Source of the DNA: Hemiscyllium ocellatum
Lineage: Eukaryota
Direction of reading: 5' to 3'
DNA length: 64,000 bases
Assembly (NCBI RefSeq): GCF_020745735.1
Contig: NC_083408.1
Coordinates: forward strand, 56,822,484-56,886,483
Shown: positions 61,447-64,000 of the stretch, piece by piece
Numbering within the stretch: the first letter of the stretch is position 1
Layout: each line of letters starts with the position of its first letter
Translations under genes and position numbers: made by a program
Notes under the pieces: generated by a model
Told to the model about the DNA's origin: nothing
Seen by the model: the letters and a program-made list of their open reading frames with translations, nothing else
Database searches by the model: none

Positions 61447-61908
61447 TGAAATAACTCCACAAAGGCCGATCAGTAAGTTGCCCTTTATTTACATGTGCAT
61501 AGTACATGACACTGACCCAGCTGGTGCAGAGGCAGCTCCTACAGTAAGCAGAATCCCTAACTCTCCTGGTTATATCAGTCAGCCAGCGATCCCTGATTGG
61601 ACCAGGATAACAGCCCCAGTCAGGGAACTCATATTCTATGAGTCATGGTTTGGAGTTGCCGGTGTTGGACTGGGCTGTACAAAGTTAAAAATCACACAAC
61701 ACCAGGATATAGTCCAACAGGTTTAATTGGAAGCACACTAGCTTTCGAAGCAACGCTCCTTCATCAGGTGATTGACAATCACCTGATGAAGGAGCGTCAC
61801 TTCGAAAGCTAGTGTGCTTCCAGTTAAACCTGTTGGACTATAACCTGGTGTTGTGTGATTTTTAATATTCTATGAGATCTACCTGGCTGACCTTGTTCCA
61901 TCACTACA
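61447..61908 (-). mobile_element. Solo LTR (unrelated family), itself interrupted
   Basis: TG...CA ends; CCAAT, TATA-like and AATAAA in order on the minus strand; degenerate 5-bp flanks TCCAA/CTCAA. Confidence 0.7.
61643..61864. mobile_element. Palindromic PLE-terminus mini-element (family B) with two opposed hammerhead motifs and 12-bp TSD
   Basis: ~90-bp arms centred on 61775; ATATTCTATGAG at 61631-61642 and 61865-61876. Confidence 0.9.
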
Positions 61909-61998
61909 CTCAACCCCCAGACTGTGTTCTGATCAATGAAGGCAAGCATGCCAAATGTCTTTTTCACAACCCTATCTGCCTGCAACTCTGATCTCAAT

Positions 61999-63495
61999 TG
62001 TGATGATGTTGCTCCTTTAACAAGGCTACGCTGTCCTTTGCTTTTTTTTTCAGAGGCTTCATAAACCCAAAGACTCCAGGAGGTCTAGGTGTGAAGGGTT
62101 TTAGGGCCAGTTTGATTGTAGCTAACAGATACTGCCTCTGACAAAAAGGTTTTCGAGTTTGAAAAAAAAACACTTGTACAAGGAAAGAGGAGTGGTTAGT
62201 TCTCCCAGCTCAGCTTTTCCGTGGTTTGATCTGGCTGTTCACTGAAAGCAGTCAGTCTGTGTGAAACTGACCCAAAGAGGCAGGTCCGTGCTGATACTCT
62301 GTCTCTGACATCTCCTCCGTAAGAACCTACATTTGATTTTACCTTTTGTGACATGGGGTGTTTATGGGGATTGTTGCAAGTACTTGGAACTGCATCATTA
62401 AGTTGGGATAGTCTGTTGGGTTTTCAGAAAGGTTAAGTTGTTCTTCATTCTACATTTGGTTTGTGTTTCATTCTGTAATCTTGTAAATAAATTCTGTTTT
62501 GTTTAAAACTAAGTGGTTTGAATGGCTGCATTCCTCCTGGAATATCTGTGTTCCACCTGCTTAAAACAACTAGCAAAGTTAGGGTCTGGCCTAGTTCCTT
62601 GAAATGGTTTAAGGGGGAGGGGTTGGCCTGGCCCATAACAGATTGGAGGCTCTTTGCTGGAATTGTTCTATAGTTACAATTGGAATTAGGATTGTTAGAC
62701 TCAAAGGCTGCGAATGATAGATGTTCGTGTCTTTTGTCCTGGGTGTTGTATTCAGTTGCTTTAAATAGTGCTTGGGATAACCATGGCTCTATCAGTCACC
62801 AAGAGTTTTCTGGAGGTGGAAAAAGTGACTTTGGGTAGCTGACAAGCTGGGGTTGGAGATGCTCCTTCTGTGAGGAAAGGGGAGATAATTACAGCAATAG
62901 CTCAGCATCTAAATTTGCTGGAAACACCATCAGAACCTTTGGAGATGGCTAAAACCCAACTGAAAATGAAGCTGCTTGAGTTAGAGGCAAAAGACAAGGA
63001 AATGGCAACAGGAATGAAACTGTTTGAATTACAACTAAAGCAGAGAGAGAATAAAGGAAGAAAGAGAGGGAGAAACAGGAAGCAGACAAGAAATCAAAAA
63101 CTCACAATTTTACCGTCGGGGATAAGGTGTTAGTGTTGCATCCAGTGAATCTTTAAAAGCAAGGTTTAGTGGACCTTATCAAGTTGAAAGGAAATTGAGT
63201 GAGGTGAACTATTCGATAAGGACTCCAGGCAGACAGACGATTCACAGAATGTGACATGTGAATATGCTCAAAAGGCATTTGAAAGGGAAGGAAAGCAAGA
63301 GGAGACTGTGTTATTGGTTACAATACAGAGGGAAGAGCCAAGTTCAGTGGATTCTGAACTGGATGTTCCTCAAATTAAATTGGACAATGAGGAAGTTGTC
63401 AAAAATTGGAATAAATTATTGAGTTACCTTCCAGAGGAAAATTAAAATGACCTGGAAAAGTTATTAGTATCACATGGGGAGATACGTAGAAATAC
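61999..63495 (+). mobile_element. Second Gmr1-like gypsy copy: complete 5' LTR (61999-62640), degenerate PBS, internally deleted gag-pol
   Basis: LTR colinear with 16922-17577. TGGAGGCTC at 62644 resembles a tRNA-Pro PBS. Gag MALSVTKSFL.V joins directly to post-integrase sequence matching 15044-15445. Confidence 0.9.
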
Positions 63496-63499
63496 GCTG

Positions 63500-63890
63500 T
63501 GAGGTATAAGAGAATGATCAGAGACAGGGTAGGGCTGATCAGGGATAGTGGAGGGAACTTGTGCCTGGAGTCTGAAGATGTAGAGTAGGCCCTAAATTAG
63601 TTTTTTGTTTCACTAGAGAGAGGGACCTTGTTGATAATGAGAACATCATGGACCAGTTTAATAGGCTTGAACAGATATTAAGGAAGTGGATGTGCTGGAA
63701 ATTCTGGGAAACATCAAGATAAGGAAGTCCCCAGGTTGGGACCAAACATATCCAAAGTTACTATGGGAAATGAGGAATGAGATTGCTGCGACTCTGGCAA
63801 TGATCTTTGCATCTTCACTCTACACGGGAGTAGTACTGGATGATTGGAGGGAGGCGAATGTTGTCCCTCTATTCAAGAAAGGGAATAGGA
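63500..63890 (+). mobile_element. CR1 ORF2 internal fragment
   Basis: KSPGWDQTYPKLLWE.R.EIA..LAMIF.SSL.TG.V.DDWREANVVPLFKKG. Confidence 0.85.
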
Positions 63891-64000
63891 TGGACTCGGC
63901 AAGGTGGCAGCGATTCTGTAGAACTGCTGTGGACAGCTCTGCCTAACAGCTAAGGCATACCGATGTATTTTGCCATCCCTGGCCAAGTTATGTGGCGGAA

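Larger units (their letters stand above)
60873..61990 (-). mobile_element. CR1 3' fragment interrupted by a solo LTR
   Basis: IMLRLYRILVRPLLENCIQFWSP.CRK.VVKLERVQKRF; resumes at 61909 (gcatttggcatgcttgccttcatt on minus strand). Confidence 0.85.

Overview
Vertebrate genomic DNA, almost certainly shark (HE1-type V-SINEs, Deu-domain SINEs, abundant CR1 LINEs); the species cannot be fixed from the sequence. It contains two intact, single-coding-exon, convergent genes in a repeat-free, CpG-retaining island (~22.9-28.8 kb): a group XIV C-type lectin (CLEC14A, +, 23306-24628) and somatostatin receptor 1 (SSTR1, -, ATG 28047 to stop 26941). The same gene pair is adjacent in mammals. The rest is mostly transposable elements: one near-intact CR1 (esterase ORF1 plus APE/RT ORF2), many CR1/L2/RTE/Rex1 fragments, two Gmr1-like Ty3/gypsy copies with integrase before RT, a solo LTR, and a Penelope-like element (PLE). 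The most unusual signal is a set of about eleven short PLE-terminus copies. Several carry minimal hammerhead-ribozyme motifs, four are snap-back palindromes with 7-14 bp target-site duplications, and two appear patched into the gypsy element by microhomology. I see no new protein-coding system. Boundaries of old repeats are approximate, and repeat family names come from recalled consensus motifs rather than a database search.
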